Positions 38,701 through 47,315 of a DNA stretch of 64,000 nucleotides are shown one piece after another (position 1 is the stretch's first letter; each line of letters begins with the position of its first letter). Source of the DNA: a virus; IMG/VR virus record IMGVR_UViG_3300035689_000004, positions 28,547-92,546 of that record; one strand, 5' to 3'. Made by a program: the position numbers and the translations under genes. The notes beneath the pieces were generated by a model, which saw only the letters and a list, made by a program, of their open reading frames with translations, had not been told where the DNA came from and made no database searches.

Positions 38701-40224
38701 AATGCTTCAGTTAGCGAGATGCCAGCCAACGCCCAGGTGTTGTGGCCCCATGACGGTGAATCGATAGAAATCATCGTCAAGAAAATGGCAGAAGGTACTG
38801 GGGCAGGAACTTGGAAATTTGAAAGCCTCCTGCAACGAATGACCGGACGCAGTTGGAGCGCTGATGGATTAGGCGATGAAATCAAAGCCAGGGTGGAGGA
38901 GTACAAGCAACAAAATGCTGTCATAAAAGAGCAAGGACCTAAAGCCGGTGATACCCGTGTCAACGAGGCGGGGCACCAGGAAGTATTGCGCGATGGTCGT
39001 TGGCGTCGGGTTGACGAAGCTGACACGCCAACGCCTCAGCCTAATGCCGCCTATGCTGAAGGGTTGACGACTGAGCAACGCCTAGCCCTAGCTGAGGCGA
39101 TCAAAGAGAAAGCGCCAGCTAACTGGAGGGGCGACCAGCCACGGGAGCGCCAATTATCCAACGCGGTGTTCCAGGCGCTCGGCAATGACGTGGGGCTCAC
39201 TGTTGACGTGATGGAGCGAATTAAGCGATCGCCCTCTGACGAAGAGTTCATGGCAGCCCTGACGGCTGTTGCTGAGCCGGAGACGGCAACGGCTGAGCCG
39301 GATGCACCTGCCGTTGAAAGCGAGCCCAAGCAAACCAGATCGCCACGACTGCCAGAATCAGAGCATCCTCCCCACCCCGATCCTTTAGGTGCCATCCGTG
39401 ATGCACTAGAGCGCATCCAGGCAGATGATGACGTTGACGGCGGCGTTAAGCGCAATGGGATGGGCTGGAATTATTTCACCCGTAAGCTTGGCAGCAGCCT
39501 TGCCTATGAGGTGATGAGCGGCAACGAGCTAACACCTAGGCAGTATTACAAGGCATGGGAACTATTGACCAAACGTCATCGCCCCCAAGCAGGCGAACAA
39601 GCTACCGCCGATCAGCTTTCTAGTACGCTAAAGGAAATGTTTGGATGGGATGGCATCGAGTATGACAGCGATGGCGTAGAGGTGGGTGCCACCGGCAAAA
39701 TGCGCTTGGTTGGCGATGAAATCCATATCACCCGACCCTATAACAAAGCTGACCTTAACAAATTTAGGCGCATCCCTGGCCGCCGCTGGGACGGACAAGC
39801 TAAGGCGAACGTGATTCCTGTCCAGCGGTTCAGAGAAGCCCTAGAGCAATTCCCTGAAGAGGAGATGGACATCGATCCAGCCATCTTTGATCATCCTGGC
39901 ATCCAGGCTGACCCCGATGACATCCCAGCGGGGACCATCCAGGTTAAAGATGGAGAATTTCACATAACTTTCCCCTACGATCAAGAACTTGTCGCCCGGG
40001 TGAAAGGCATTAAGCAGCAGGGACGACAACTAGGAAAATGGGACGGCGCCAAGAAAGTATGGCGGTTCCCGGGCAGCAGAGAAGTTGAAGATTTGCTAAC
40101 CCGCGAGTTTCCAAATTTCCAATTAAAGAAAGCTGCTAAACGCTATTCCTTGGCAGGTGTTATCTACGAGCTTAGACGCACAGCCAGTAACGCCATTAGC
40201 TTAGTCCGAGTCCATCACGCTTAG
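32788..40224 (+). CDS. DarB-like polyvalent protein: N6-adenine DNA methyltransferase + SNF2 helicase + two HARP-like domains
   Basis: EYYTR, VLEPSCGNG, GNVPFG; GVGLGKT, DEAHHLKN, LTATP, GEGMNFQ, QRNGRGVRQGN; PY...IPGRRWD and FPYD...KWDGAKKVWRFP; ATG 32788 preferred to 32743. Confidence 0.88.
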   Translation: MAINTLRPLRPRRAILLRKDAQFDLFGGQAEVKPTAAAKRRERIAAGWGAKPKTQLGLFGQDDDVPATKGKVKPKAPKAPVAPKVPEVKAPEVKAPATPKAPSMAAKGPKEGDTRINRAGNQEVLRAGRWRLASNPKVVAKDKGSAAIVPVVQEIKEEKPVEKPAAAPAKVEEVKPEPVEVQQEVKPAEPTPAIAEEKPSQQGLPRATIHHERLNRFKNLANNASALPPGSNKESMRAAFRKLSGAVKDEDKVVQRWLRDWEKEGLSPDEAMQRAYRYGQGLDPVQSAEAPATPTTPEQPAAEPTPAIAVDADFASTKQQKQRIKINQDVEALLSQKPDGPYTKDELILLAKYSGKGGITEDDGSLSEYYTRPDVAKHLTDILYQHGFKGGAVLEPSCGNGVFLHQFKDDPNVLPVGVELSETSGKAAAALNPHAEVTAGASFERFCLDNPDFSPDAVIGNVPFGTRTVGGDLEAFRKVGKGWKDNGDFFVHESLSRLKPSGIMALIVPHGITTGSTHQRLREELMKQGRVIGVHRLPNTAFAHTNTKTITDVLVIQKHPDVILNAIADGQSDVIAKTRDDAFIHGKYFEAHPEHVLGEYQETSNQFGGKSFTINGKIEDALASAQGFTPDVSYDGLQTDGAEERSPQKGDTRYINGRLYRLEGNPARWHLVEQSEPVAEEVDASGYGAESMADAEAQLLDAGRRVLIHPDNLQAYRNLAHQHLPKAEAMAFDAAIAASNAAGSSIDREKLAHAMLLADHIERLQKGDADPMQVEKALNMLQGYREAHGNPSTDKTLIGLSSQFPALLRLQGCFDENDKISDYFTDHDKVTAQVKRTHSEAGAAMAEAYRAAGGEAVDLDMIRAQLDTTMTDADLEATLVADPTVGYINGAYMPMDRLLTGNGFNLVDAMLMEAEGLPEGAAARRKLEEQIGIIRSRLEPRQMEDITTPFWAVGSWIPVDAINAFLTDRDYGSYSQGQREPVKIYRGADGKWRVSGYAYGVVEDVITSMNRGRISHGKNTQEAKEAVQALEKDFAQWIAGSDYRVQVEEAYNLAFNSDLPEQFSGDPLDISLFEQYDADEATGKRKKRLHDYQTSTIRQMAAQGRGIIALGVGLGKTATSIGLALHLKESGRAKKPTFVVPKSVLSNWVREVGFWAPQANVMILGQTQRYWADDTPMWEVPGFKIDVAKGVPKRDKDGNYILYRQIGERDVTTKGKDGKTITKKEKVYADQPILMSEKEYLKAGNLVFSDDDAATKRLKLRQLSQNNYDMVLMTEPTFQALSLHPDKETEYLEDITQDAIGHLSDSSKDTHKMLEKIEKRRVSLAARTDDNIEETITFEELGIDALFHDEAHHLKNLYGSKRNQSLAFMSQAESNRSLDFYYKARYIREKNNNQNVYLLTATPTTNNPLEAFNMLQHVCPEELEKRGIQNIDDFLGMFGDMQSVEAPGVDGEIKEKYGLVGFKNLKDLRHLFNKYCRMQSAKDVGLPIPEEATQHHYVSMSPAQKELYNDLRRRARNAGSDKGPQDHLFSVISDMDKAVIDLAYYNESGSGKSPQVDIPEGEKPPKVQACIEQVMSSRNANQGKQIVFCDSVQMHQRIKQQLVEAGYPEDQIAIVNADVAKNSPDRQKISNAYNEGRITLVIGNTATMGEGMNFQIGTTDIHHLTTPWTPAAIEQRNGRGVRQGNVLDNVGCHYYHAKGSFDQYRQQTLERKRGWIDDLWKGSEDTASNQDTGLLNADEMDIMLADDPEAARAAAEANQELALDRHRKKMTTAALRDFAQLQNMRLVVSKMTPEARSRERGRALEARLRQVTEALSRNEYFPHKHLLDGTTPAYIGSDGTVLQEGDHVRQDDGSIYQITKIDNAKSKFITQMVSGPDYSPSRLSEKGETFDFKHVNSTKSRSAIAPTSFNERVHADRVIDSLSAYGAFETIASLSPDAINENRGRIMDKLKNDLPSASMPYLDPETDKLVLNASVSEMPANAQVLWPHDGESIEIIVKKMAEGTGAGTWKFESLLQRMTGRSWSADGLGDEIKARVEEYKQQNAVIKEQGPKAGDTRVNEAGHQEVLRDGRWRRVDEADTPTPQPNAAYAEGLTTEQRLALAEAIKEKAPANWRGDQPRERQLSNAVFQALGNDVGLTVDVMERIKRSPSDEEFMAALTAVAEPETATAEPDAPAVESEPKQTRSPRLPESEHPPHPDPLGAIRDALERIQADDDVDGGVKRNGMGWNYFTRKLGSSLAYEVMSGNELTPRQYYKAWELLTKRHRPQAGEQATADQLSSTLKEMFGWDGIEYDSDGVEVGATGKMRLVGDEIHITRPYNKADLNKFRRIPGRRWDGQAKANVIPVQRFREALEQFPEEEMDIDPAIFDHPGIQADPDDIPAGTIQVKDGEFHITFPYDQELVARVKGIKQQGRQLGKWDGAKKVWRFPGSREVEDLLTREFPNFQLKKAAKRYSLAGVIYELRRTASNAISLVRVHHA

Positions 40225-40232
40225 GTAAATCC

Positions 40233-40631
40233 ATGCTTTACGACTCCCAAGACATTCAGGCGACCAAGGCGGAACTGCTTGCCAAATACCAGACAGATGA
40301 TCGCTATATCGCCAAAGTCCTACCAGCGATCGCGGCTATGGTTGAGCGCCCCTGGGCATGGACTCATTTCGGTCCTTACTGGCCAGTCGTTCAATCGCTA
40401 ATCGTCAAGTATTACCCGCAAATGGCAACCCAGGCTAAAGAGTGGGGCGATCCACCTGACTATTTAGCGCACTATTCCCAGGGCGATGATATGTCAGACT
40501 GCATTGCAGCATTGATGTACCTCGAAAAGGATGACGACTATCTAAGCCCTGTCAATCAACCCCATAGCATTGAACTGCAAGACGGCAGGCGGGTTCTGTA
40601 CTCACCTACATCAGGAATTATTGAGCCATGA
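40233..40631 (+). CDS. Hypothetical protein
   Basis: FGPYWPVV; directly after the DarB-like gene. Confidence 0.6.
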   Translation: MLYDSQDIQATKAELLAKYQTDDRYIAKVLPAIAAMVERPWAWTHFGPYWPVVQSLIVKYYPQMATQAKEWGDPPDYLAHYSQGDDMSDCIAALMYLEKDDDYLSPVNQPHSIELQDGRRVLYSPTSGIIEP

Positions 40632-41698
40632 AATTATTCAAAAAGCGCAGACCCGCGATCGCTAAGTTTGACCCCTACCAAACAGCACTCCAACAATCCA
40701 TGGAAAGTGATCGCCAGGAGGTGCTGGAGAAAACAGCGACAGGACCCATCTTTACCCTCATGGGTGTCCCCTATATCTTTGACCCAGCCCAAGGGGTGCT
40801 GTGTAAGGCGGGGCGACGACGGGCACCCTCCCCGGGCCAGCTAGGTTTATTTGGCGGCCACAATGAGGGCGATACTAAGGTAGAGGATGGTGTCACTTAC
40901 CGGCTCAATGCCAATAGCCGATGGGAACGGATGGACAAACCCAAAGCCAGCGGCAAAAGGAAGCCAAAGCCCGCGATCGTCCCGGTGGTAGAGGCGGAGA
41001 AGCTTATGCCTGAGGTAGTTGACGATGCGCCCAAGCCTACTAGGCTAGGCGATCGCATCCGAGCGATCGCCAATGACCTGCGTGACGAAAATGATGAGCA
41101 GAAAAAGATCGCGGCTCGCATCTTAGGCGCAGCGGCCCAGATGGCGCAGAACTACGACAACTTGGTGGGTGAAGTTGTGGATATGGTGGGCGAGGACTTG
41201 GGTGAGGACATCAGAAGCCTTAACCCAGACGCCACCCAGGCGGACGTAGAGATGGCAGCCAGAGACGGCGGCAACGAGCCATCCCCCACCCGACTGGCTG
41301 ACAAAATGAAGGCGATCGCTAATGACCTGCGCAACGAAACCAACGAGCAGGTTAAGGCAACCGCCCGCATCCTTGACGCTGCCGCCCAAATCGCTCAAAA
41401 CTACGACAACCTAGTCGATGAAGTGGCGGAGATGGTGGGCGAAGACCTTCGCAAGCCATTAGATTCTACTCTCACCAAATCCTTGCCCCCTAGCCCCGTC
41501 TTTACCTTAATGGGTGTGCCCTACATCTTTGACCCCCACCGCGCCGTCCTGCGCAAGGCTGGCACCAGTTGGGAGCAGTTTGTAGCTGACCTCAGCAAGG
41601 AAGCTGATGACGATCCATGCTGGGAGGGCTACGAGGCTGTAGGCATGAAAAAGAAACGCGGCAAGATGGTTCCGAATTGTGTTCCTGTAAGCCGCTAA
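40628..41698 (+). CDS. Modular putative internal head protein
   Basis: Two FTLMGVPYIFDP tags, three L-x-K-[AS] sites, QLGLF/RW module, duplicated helical repeat, C-terminal CWEGY...VPNCVP. Confidence 0.65.
   Translation: MKLFKKRRPAIAKFDPYQTALQQSMESDRQEVLEKTATGPIFTLMGVPYIFDPAQGVLCKAGRRRAPSPGQLGLFGGHNEGDTKVEDGVTYRLNANSRWERMDKPKASGKRKPKPAIVPVVEAEKLMPEVVDDAPKPTRLGDRIRAIANDLRDENDEQKKIAARILGAAAQMAQNYDNLVGEVVDMVGEDLGEDIRSLNPDATQADVEMAARDGGNEPSPTRLADKMKAIANDLRNETNEQVKATARILDAAAQIAQNYDNLVDEVAEMVGEDLRKPLDSTLTKSLPPSPVFTLMGVPYIFDPHRAVLRKAGTSWEQFVADLSKEADDDPCWEGYEAVGMKKKRGKMVPNCVPVSR
40805..41002 (+). repeat. Dispersed coding repeat, copy 1 (copy 2 at 52686-52901)
   Basis: 51-aa peptide identical but for one residue; DNA differs mostly at third codon positions. 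Confidence 0.92.
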
Positions 41699-41752
41699 CC
41701 CACAGCAAAAAGCGCCCCGGTTGAATGGGGCGCTTCGGTAGGTAGGCAGAGG

Positions 41753-41980
41753 CTAGGCACTTAGTGTGGCCCAGGCGGTTTCCTCCACCACGAAAGTTTC
41801 GGTGTAACCCTCAGGGGCGTCACACTTGGCAAACCCCTTTTTAATAAGTTCAGCATCGGTGTCGCTGTCAGTCGGGTAGACCTCAACAGACTGGCCGTTT
41901 AGGTGGCCCCAGTACTGGTTGTCGTCATCCTTGGTAATGCTGTCAAAAACGTAGTAGTTGATTTCAGTAGCGGTAGTCAT
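41753..41980 (-). CDS. Small acidic accessory protein with own promoter
   Basis: GGAGG RBS before ATG 41980 (MTTATEIN); hairpin 41706-41736. Confidence 0.7.
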   Translation of the reverse strand: MTTATEINYYVFDSITKDDDNQYWGHLNGQSVEVYPTDSDTDAELIKKGFAKCDAPEGYTETFVVEETAWATLSA

Positions 41981-42017
41981 CGGTTGGTCCTCCGTAAGTG
42001 GTTTGTTCCATGCCTTC

Positions 42018-42057
42018 AATATACCCCCCCTGTATCGAACTGTCAACACTTTTCGAT
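42018..42057 (-). promoter_or_regulatory. Sigma-70 promoter with overlapping operator (family A)
   Basis: TTGACA (42046-41), 17 bp, TATATT; ATCGAA-N12-TTCGAT. Confidence 0.72.
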
Positions 42058-42236
42058 AAAATAGCTATAACCTAAGCGCTGTCTGTCTTTTGCCCCATCT
42101 AGCCAATATTTCCCCATGAAAACCTTTACCCTTGCAGGAGATCGCTACGTCGCGTGAAAAAGCTCTAGGCGTCTAGCGCTTATTTGCAACAAGCAACCCC
42201 AGGTTATACTTAGGCTGTCCCCCTTCTTTAAGCACC

Positions 42237-42677
42237 ATGGGTACACAACAGGACCTCTACAAAATGCTGGCGGAAGGCGGCACCCGCCTTAGGGATACCC
42301 GACGCATCCACCAGCAGGCGATCGCTAACATCGCCACCCTACAGCAGCAAGCCCTATCCGAGCTATCGCGGCTACGCGATCGCATCGAGTCAGCCGGTAT
42401 CGGCAGTGACCCGGAGGCGGAGGCGCAATACCTGAAATTGCTTGCCACCAAGCGCAAGCTGGAGCAAGTACGCCAGATGAACCCGGTGCTTGCCTCCATG
42501 CCACCTGTGGCACTCCAAAAGGCATTGGACTATGGCTTGCTGTTATTGCAGGTCTACAACGGCGGACGGCTTTCTAAGGCAGCGGGCGGCGACATAGAGG
42601 CCCATATCCTACGGCTAAAGCGCTACCGCCACCCGGCGGCGGTGGCTCAAATCAATGCACTGGAGCAATTGCTGTGA
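42237..42677 (+). CDS. Coiled-coil protein, putative head-associated
   Basis: LQKA and LSKA sites. Confidence 0.55.
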   Translation: MGTQQDLYKMLAEGGTRLRDTRRIHQQAIANIATLQQQALSELSRLRDRIESAGIGSDPEAEAQYLKLLATKRKLEQVRQMNPVLASMPPVALQKALDYGLLLLQVYNGGRLSKAAGGDIEAHILRLKRYRHPAAVAQINALEQLL

Positions 42678-43540
42678 ACCACCCGATCCTTGACGATGGG
42701 CTATGCACGCCAGACGGGCGATCGCTAGCCTGGGCGGACAATGCTCACCTACTCCACTGGCCCGGTGAACTGGTCTATGGCGAACTATTGCCGGTGGCGA
42801 CCGATCAGCCCGAGCAATTCGAGGACCGCAAGAAAGAGTGGGACTATGACAGCGATCGCGGGCGTCCCCGCCGGCGGGAGAAGCGATCGCCGGTGGATGT
42901 GCCGGACCAACCGCTGAACCGACTGAGGCGGCTACTGAGCAACGGCAGGCCGGAGGCGGTTGAACCGGGGCCACGCTTTGCACGACCGGACCAGGCATCC
43001 GCCTTTGCCATGCAGCAGGGCCACCTATCCCGTAATACGCTCCTAGACGAGCTAGAATGCCGTGTGCTGCTAGGGGATTGGCCGATGGGTGGTGAGACAC
43101 CCCTAACCTTCTATGCAGGCGCTCAGACGGTCCTAGACGCCCTGGCGACCGACTTCTTTAATGAACCGATTATCCCGCCGGTGCTATTGAATGCGATCGG
43201 GCCTAGGCGGGCGGGGGAGGTGTTAGCGGGCTATATGGGTAGCCCCCATGCCCAGGAGATCGTTAGACGTTGGCGGGATGGCATCTGGCGCACCATTGAC
43301 CAACGCTTAGACGAAAAGTTGCAGCTGTGCCAGGAGTCCATGTTTAGTTGGGCGGCGGCGGGGCAAAAGCCTATCCTATCCCCCGAGGGGGAGCCGGACG
43401 CTATCCTTACCCTGGCTAGTGCAGCAACGGCAACGGTCGCGGTTTATCACCTGGCTAACCTGGGGCAGGCGTTGAAGGATTTTCAGAAGAGCGGCAGGGA
43501 TGCGATCGCGGGGGTGTTGGATGGGCTGGCAGGCGATTAA
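42674..43540 (+). CDS. Hypothetical protein
   Basis: GTGA overlap. Confidence 0.55.
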   Translation: MNHPILDDGLCTPDGRSLAWADNAHLLHWPGELVYGELLPVATDQPEQFEDRKKEWDYDSDRGRPRRREKRSPVDVPDQPLNRLRRLLSNGRPEAVEPGPRFARPDQASAFAMQQGHLSRNTLLDELECRVLLGDWPMGGETPLTFYAGAQTVLDALATDFFNEPIIPPVLLNAIGPRRAGEVLAGYMGSPHAQEIVRRWRDGIWRTIDQRLDEKLQLCQESMFSWAAAGQKPILSPEGEPDAILTLASAATATVAVYHLANLGQALKDFQKSGRDAIAGVLDGLAGD

Positions 43541-43628
43541 TTAAAACAGGAACGCAATTCCGCCGTCACAGCGCTTATATGCTTTAAGCAATGTGCGCTA
43601 ACATAAGTCTGTATGAACTCATGTTGAG

Positions 43629-45137
43629 ATGGGCGGGCGCATGGTTGCTACAAGTTTTGAAATACGTCCTGAAACAAGATTCGACGAACGGGTTATTAAA
43701 CCATCAGTGATTGGTGACCTTGAAAATTTTTCAGCGTCGATTCTGGAGCGGCAATCACAGGAGAAGGAGCTATTCAAGCCTGGGCTTCATGTGTGTTCAT
43801 CTTGCGCTGCTGTTGTGTTGGCAAAGATGGGGGATTCGGAGGCTCGGAAATTTAGGGATCGATCTGTGTTGGAGCAGTGTGACAGGGAGGGGTGCAGCGA
43901 TCGGGTCGAAGAATGGCAAGCGATCTTGCACAAAAATCGCCTAATCAGCGACGGCAAGGTTCACCCTAAAATTGCCACCCGGTTTGTTGCTTGCTCAGAC
44001 AAACACTTGAAAGCGCCTGATGGTCGTCGGGCAAGCTACCGCCACCTGCCCGGTCACGGTGAAAACTGCAGGGCAGACACCGAACACGAAAGAATAACTG
44101 ATCGATTGAGATCCGTTTTCACCAACGAGCTAAAAGCGCTTTACCCTGGCTGTGATATCACCGACCAGCTAAACCTAAAAGCCTCAGACGACCTCAACCA
44201 GCGACCGGATATTAAATTCACCATCAAGGGGGATACCCCGTCAGGGCCGGTCGACTTTGCGATCGCCGTCGAAGTGCAGCAGTCTAAAATCGCTTTTGAT
44301 GCCTGGGAAAATCGCAACCAAGGGCTATTGACTGTTGCTACCCCTGTAGTGTGGGTCTTCAAGCAAAGCAGGTCTGGGGGCTCATTCAAGCCTATTCTGA
44401 CTTCTATGGTGGAGGGCGACTTGCCTGCCTGGGTTTACCACATTGAAGGTGAGCCCGGCAGTGATGATGGCAACTTGATATTGACGCCCGCAAAAGATGG
44501 CTACCCTAATTTTTGGGGTGGGTTCGATACCCCGAATCAGCCCAAAGAAAATCCAGTCTGCCAAAACGCCTACCATCGGAGACGCAAAGAGATCGCCGAA
44601 ACCTATCGGGTTGGAATATCGGGCAGGTCTGAAGTGACTTTGATCGGTGGACTTGCCCAGCTTAAAAGCATTTTGCCAGGGCTAGCTACGCCCCAATCTG
44701 TTCAGGTAGATATGTCGGTGCAAGTTGACCTTAGCGCAGTCTCAGAAGAGCAAGAAAAATTACCAGAGTTAATGTGGTGGAATTTTGATGTGGGATCTTA
44801 TGTTGCACTTCAGAAAGGGCTTTATGGAGTTCTTGTTCCTAAGCCGCGAGAGTGGAACCCCAACCATCCGAAGCCTAGCCACGATCCTCCTCTTTATGTG
44901 CAATACAAAGGTAGATGCACGTTTCACCCAGCCCTTTCCGGTAAATCAAAATCAGAATTGCCTCCAGGCTTTTATCGGCTGAAGGACGGCAGGGTTGTTG
45001 AAGTCTTCCCAGAAAGCCTTGATGGCTACCCGGAGTTTTGGAGTGGGTTCAATGCAACCGCGGCATATCAAGACGGAGTTGCAGTGCATCGGCTCAGCCA
45101 GCTCACATTTTTTGAGAGCGGCATGCTTCGGCCTTAA
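43629..45137 (+). CDS. CoiA-like PD-(D/E)XK nuclease domain protein
   Basis: QRPDI...IAVEVQQS, preceded by Cys/His clusters and E.EH. Confidence 0.55.
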   Translation: MGGRMVATSFEIRPETRFDERVIKPSVIGDLENFSASILERQSQEKELFKPGLHVCSSCAAVVLAKMGDSEARKFRDRSVLEQCDREGCSDRVEEWQAILHKNRLISDGKVHPKIATRFVACSDKHLKAPDGRRASYRHLPGHGENCRADTEHERITDRLRSVFTNELKALYPGCDITDQLNLKASDDLNQRPDIKFTIKGDTPSGPVDFAIAVEVQQSKIAFDAWENRNQGLLTVATPVVWVFKQSRSGGSFKPILTSMVEGDLPAWVYHIEGEPGSDDGNLILTPAKDGYPNFWGGFDTPNQPKENPVCQNAYHRRRKEIAETYRVGISGRSEVTLIGGLAQLKSILPGLATPQSVQVDMSVQVDLSAVSEEQEKLPELMWWNFDVGSYVALQKGLYGVLVPKPREWNPNHPKPSHDPPLYVQYKGRCTFHPALSGKSKSELPPGFYRLKDGRVVEVFPESLDGYPEFWSGFNATAAYQDGVAVHRLSQLTFFESGMLRP

Positions 45138-45838
45138 CCCGCCTCCCGTCGCCATCTAGCCTCTAACAGCTCCCGATAGCAAATCGCATCCATAATTACC
45201 CGTGGCTCATTCTGTAGGTTCCACTCAGCATCATCTAGCCCGGGGCAGCGGTAGCGATAGATCGTCTCGCAGGTGATATTTTTCTCCCGCAGGTACAGGT
45301 CCTCCGGGTTGGTTGGGTGGGTAAGGTGAATCAGACGCTTAACGCTCATCGCTTCACCGGTGGGTTCTGTTAAGGGCAGGGCACCCTCTAGGGGCACCTG
45401 AAGTACATTGGCACCGTAGACAACGGTTTGATGGGCGATGATGTCCCCCTGCACCGTGGCGCGAATAATCCGCAGCCGTACCGATCGCCGTAGTGACTGC
45501 AATTCATCAATTAACTCCCGACGCCGATCGCGATCGTCACCCGCTTCCTGTATCAACTTGATAAACCGCGCTTGGTAGCCCAGTAGCTTATGGTTTGCCC
45601 AAGGTGGCACCGGTAGGCATCGGTCCAGGCGAATGCAACGCCCAGGCGTCTCTGGCGGTAGCTCCGGCTGTTGCCGTTGACGGCGGTATGTCTGTACCAG
45701 ACGATCTATAGACTCGTCTAAAATGTGAACGGTGGCATCAAGTTCGACGCTAGCGCCCTGGCCCGCCTTGATGCCTAGCCTGTCTAGGGTATTGAAGGCA
45801 GACTGTAAATTATCGTGGGGGATTGTAATAGTGGCCAT
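45134..45838 (-). CDS. Hypothetical protein (start likely ATG 45838)
   Basis: The longer track ORF overlaps a plus-strand gene. Confidence 0.5.
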   Translation of the reverse strand: MATITIPHDNLQSAFNTLDRLGIKAGQGASVELDATVHILDESIDRLVQTYRRQRQQPELPPETPGRCIRLDRCLPVPPWANHKLLGYQARFIKLIQEAGDDRDRRRELIDELQSLRRSVRLRIIRATVQGDIIAHQTVVYGANVLQVPLEGALPLTEPTGEAMSVKRLIHLTHPTNPEDLYLREKNITCETIYRYRCPGLDDAEWNLQNEPRVIMDAICYRELLEARWRREAG

Positions 45839-45878
45839 AGTTGATTTTTCCCAGGTGGCGGCGGCAGCCTTTAGCGAT

Positions 45879-46079
45879 ATGCTAATCCTACGCGATCGCG
45901 TCTTGAACGAACGCCAAACCTTCCGCAACGAGTCCGCCAACTGGCAGGAGCTATCCAAACTGGAAGAACCCGCCCTCCAGGACCGGTTGATCCGCTGTGA
46001 AATCTTGAACCGCACCGAGGCATTGATTCGCACCACAGACCTACGCTGTCACCCCCTGGAGGTGCTGAACTGTGATTAA
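45879..46079 (+). CDS. Hypothetical protein
   Basis: 3' part of track ORF 45732..46079, overlaps the next gene. Confidence 0.4.
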   Translation: MLILRDRVLNERQTFRNESANWQELSKLEEPALQDRLIRCEILNRTEALIRTTDLRCHPLEVLNCD

Positions 46080-46284
46080 TTGGCGTTCTTACCTGGAAGG
46101 CGTCCGGGATGCGCTATGCGCCTTCGATAAGCCTACCGCGTTCGATATCCTGGAGTTAGCGATGCGCTTTAACGAGTCTGGCGATCGCGCTGACATTTAC
46201 CAAGCTTGGCGCTCCATGTTTCCCCACTGGCGACCAACACGGGATATGGAGCGTCAAAGCTTCCAGCGTTGGGGCGTCGAATAA
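46072..46284 (+). CDS. Hypothetical protein
   Basis: GGAGG RBS; TAATG coupling to the next gene. Confidence 0.55.
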   Translation: MINWRSYLEGVRDALCAFDKPTAFDILELAMRFNESGDRADIYQAWRSMFPHWRPTRDMERQSFQRWGVE

Positions 46285-47315
46285 TGTGGTCCCCCCTTGC
46301 CCCCGATGATTTCAGCCAGTTTGAACCGACCGATATTATCGCGTTCCTAGATTGGTTTGAACGACAGTACGAGGACGCGATCGCCCTCGGCATTGTCGAT
46401 GGCTATGTGGAGGGGGTGACAGAGCCCTACCTGGTGAATATCTCCACCGGCCAACCGATACCGGAGTGGGTAGCGACCGTCCTCAAGGTACGAGAAGTGG
46501 CCCAATGGGCGTACCAACAACAGGAACCGATTGCCGCCCGCCTGCGCCGCAACCTAGCCGCCATCATCCCAGATGATCAGGTGGCAGGCTACGCCGCCCG
46601 GTTTAGGGTAACCCCGCAGGACATTGCCAACGTCCCCCCGGCGGTGAGGGAGAGCTTTAACCAGGGCGCTCGCTTTTCACTGGACTGGGTGAAACGCTTG
46701 TCCGATGACGCCCGGGGCATGATGCGGGACGTGCTGGCGGTGGAGTCGCTAAAGAACCGTAACCCCGCCGGGGCCGTACCCATCCTTGAAAACCTATTGC
46801 GCCGCGATCTAATCGCCCAGGAGCTAGGGGCGGACCCTAGCGCTGTCACCCCGGCCATGGTGCAGGAATGGTTGATTAATACCGAGTCACGGTTGTTAAA
46901 TGCGATCGCGTCCCGGGCGCAAACCATTTCCCGCACCGAATCCATGCGAATGATGAACTTGGGCATCCTGGCCACGCTGGAGGCAAGCGGGCAACGACTA
47001 GCCTATGTGATGCCCCACGCGGGTAGTTGTGAGCATTGCCGCCGGTTGATTGACGGTCGCGTTTTTACAATAGAGGTGCTAAAGCGCAACCTATTTGCTA
47101 ATTTTGGCGTTCGCCCCGATGCCTGGGTCGCTAGTCTGCCCCAGCATCCTAACTGTCGCCATTCGGCAGGCAAGATACCGGTTAAGTTTAGGCGCAAGCT
47201 TGCCAACATGGAGATCCCCCCGGAGGGGCTGGTGCTGCAATACTACGGCTTGCCGGGCGGTAAAACGTCCATGGATGCCCTGGAACTGCCAGAAGTGGAA
47301 TGGCTAGAGCCCTAG
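46284..47315 (+). CDS. Head morphogenesis protein (Mu gpF / SPP1 gp7-like)
   Basis: RAQTISRTE...N.G, CEHC, PQHPNCRH. Confidence 0.82.
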   Translation: MWSPLAPDDFSQFEPTDIIAFLDWFERQYEDAIALGIVDGYVEGVTEPYLVNISTGQPIPEWVATVLKVREVAQWAYQQQEPIAARLRRNLAAIIPDDQVAGYAARFRVTPQDIANVPPAVRESFNQGARFSLDWVKRLSDDARGMMRDVLAVESLKNRNPAGAVPILENLLRRDLIAQELGADPSAVTPAMVQEWLINTESRLLNAIASRAQTISRTESMRMMNLGILATLEASGQRLAYVMPHAGSCEHCRRLIDGRVFTIEVLKRNLFANFGVRPDAWVASLPQHPNCRHSAGKIPVKFRRKLANMEIPPEGLVLQYYGLPGGKTSMDALELPEVEWLEP

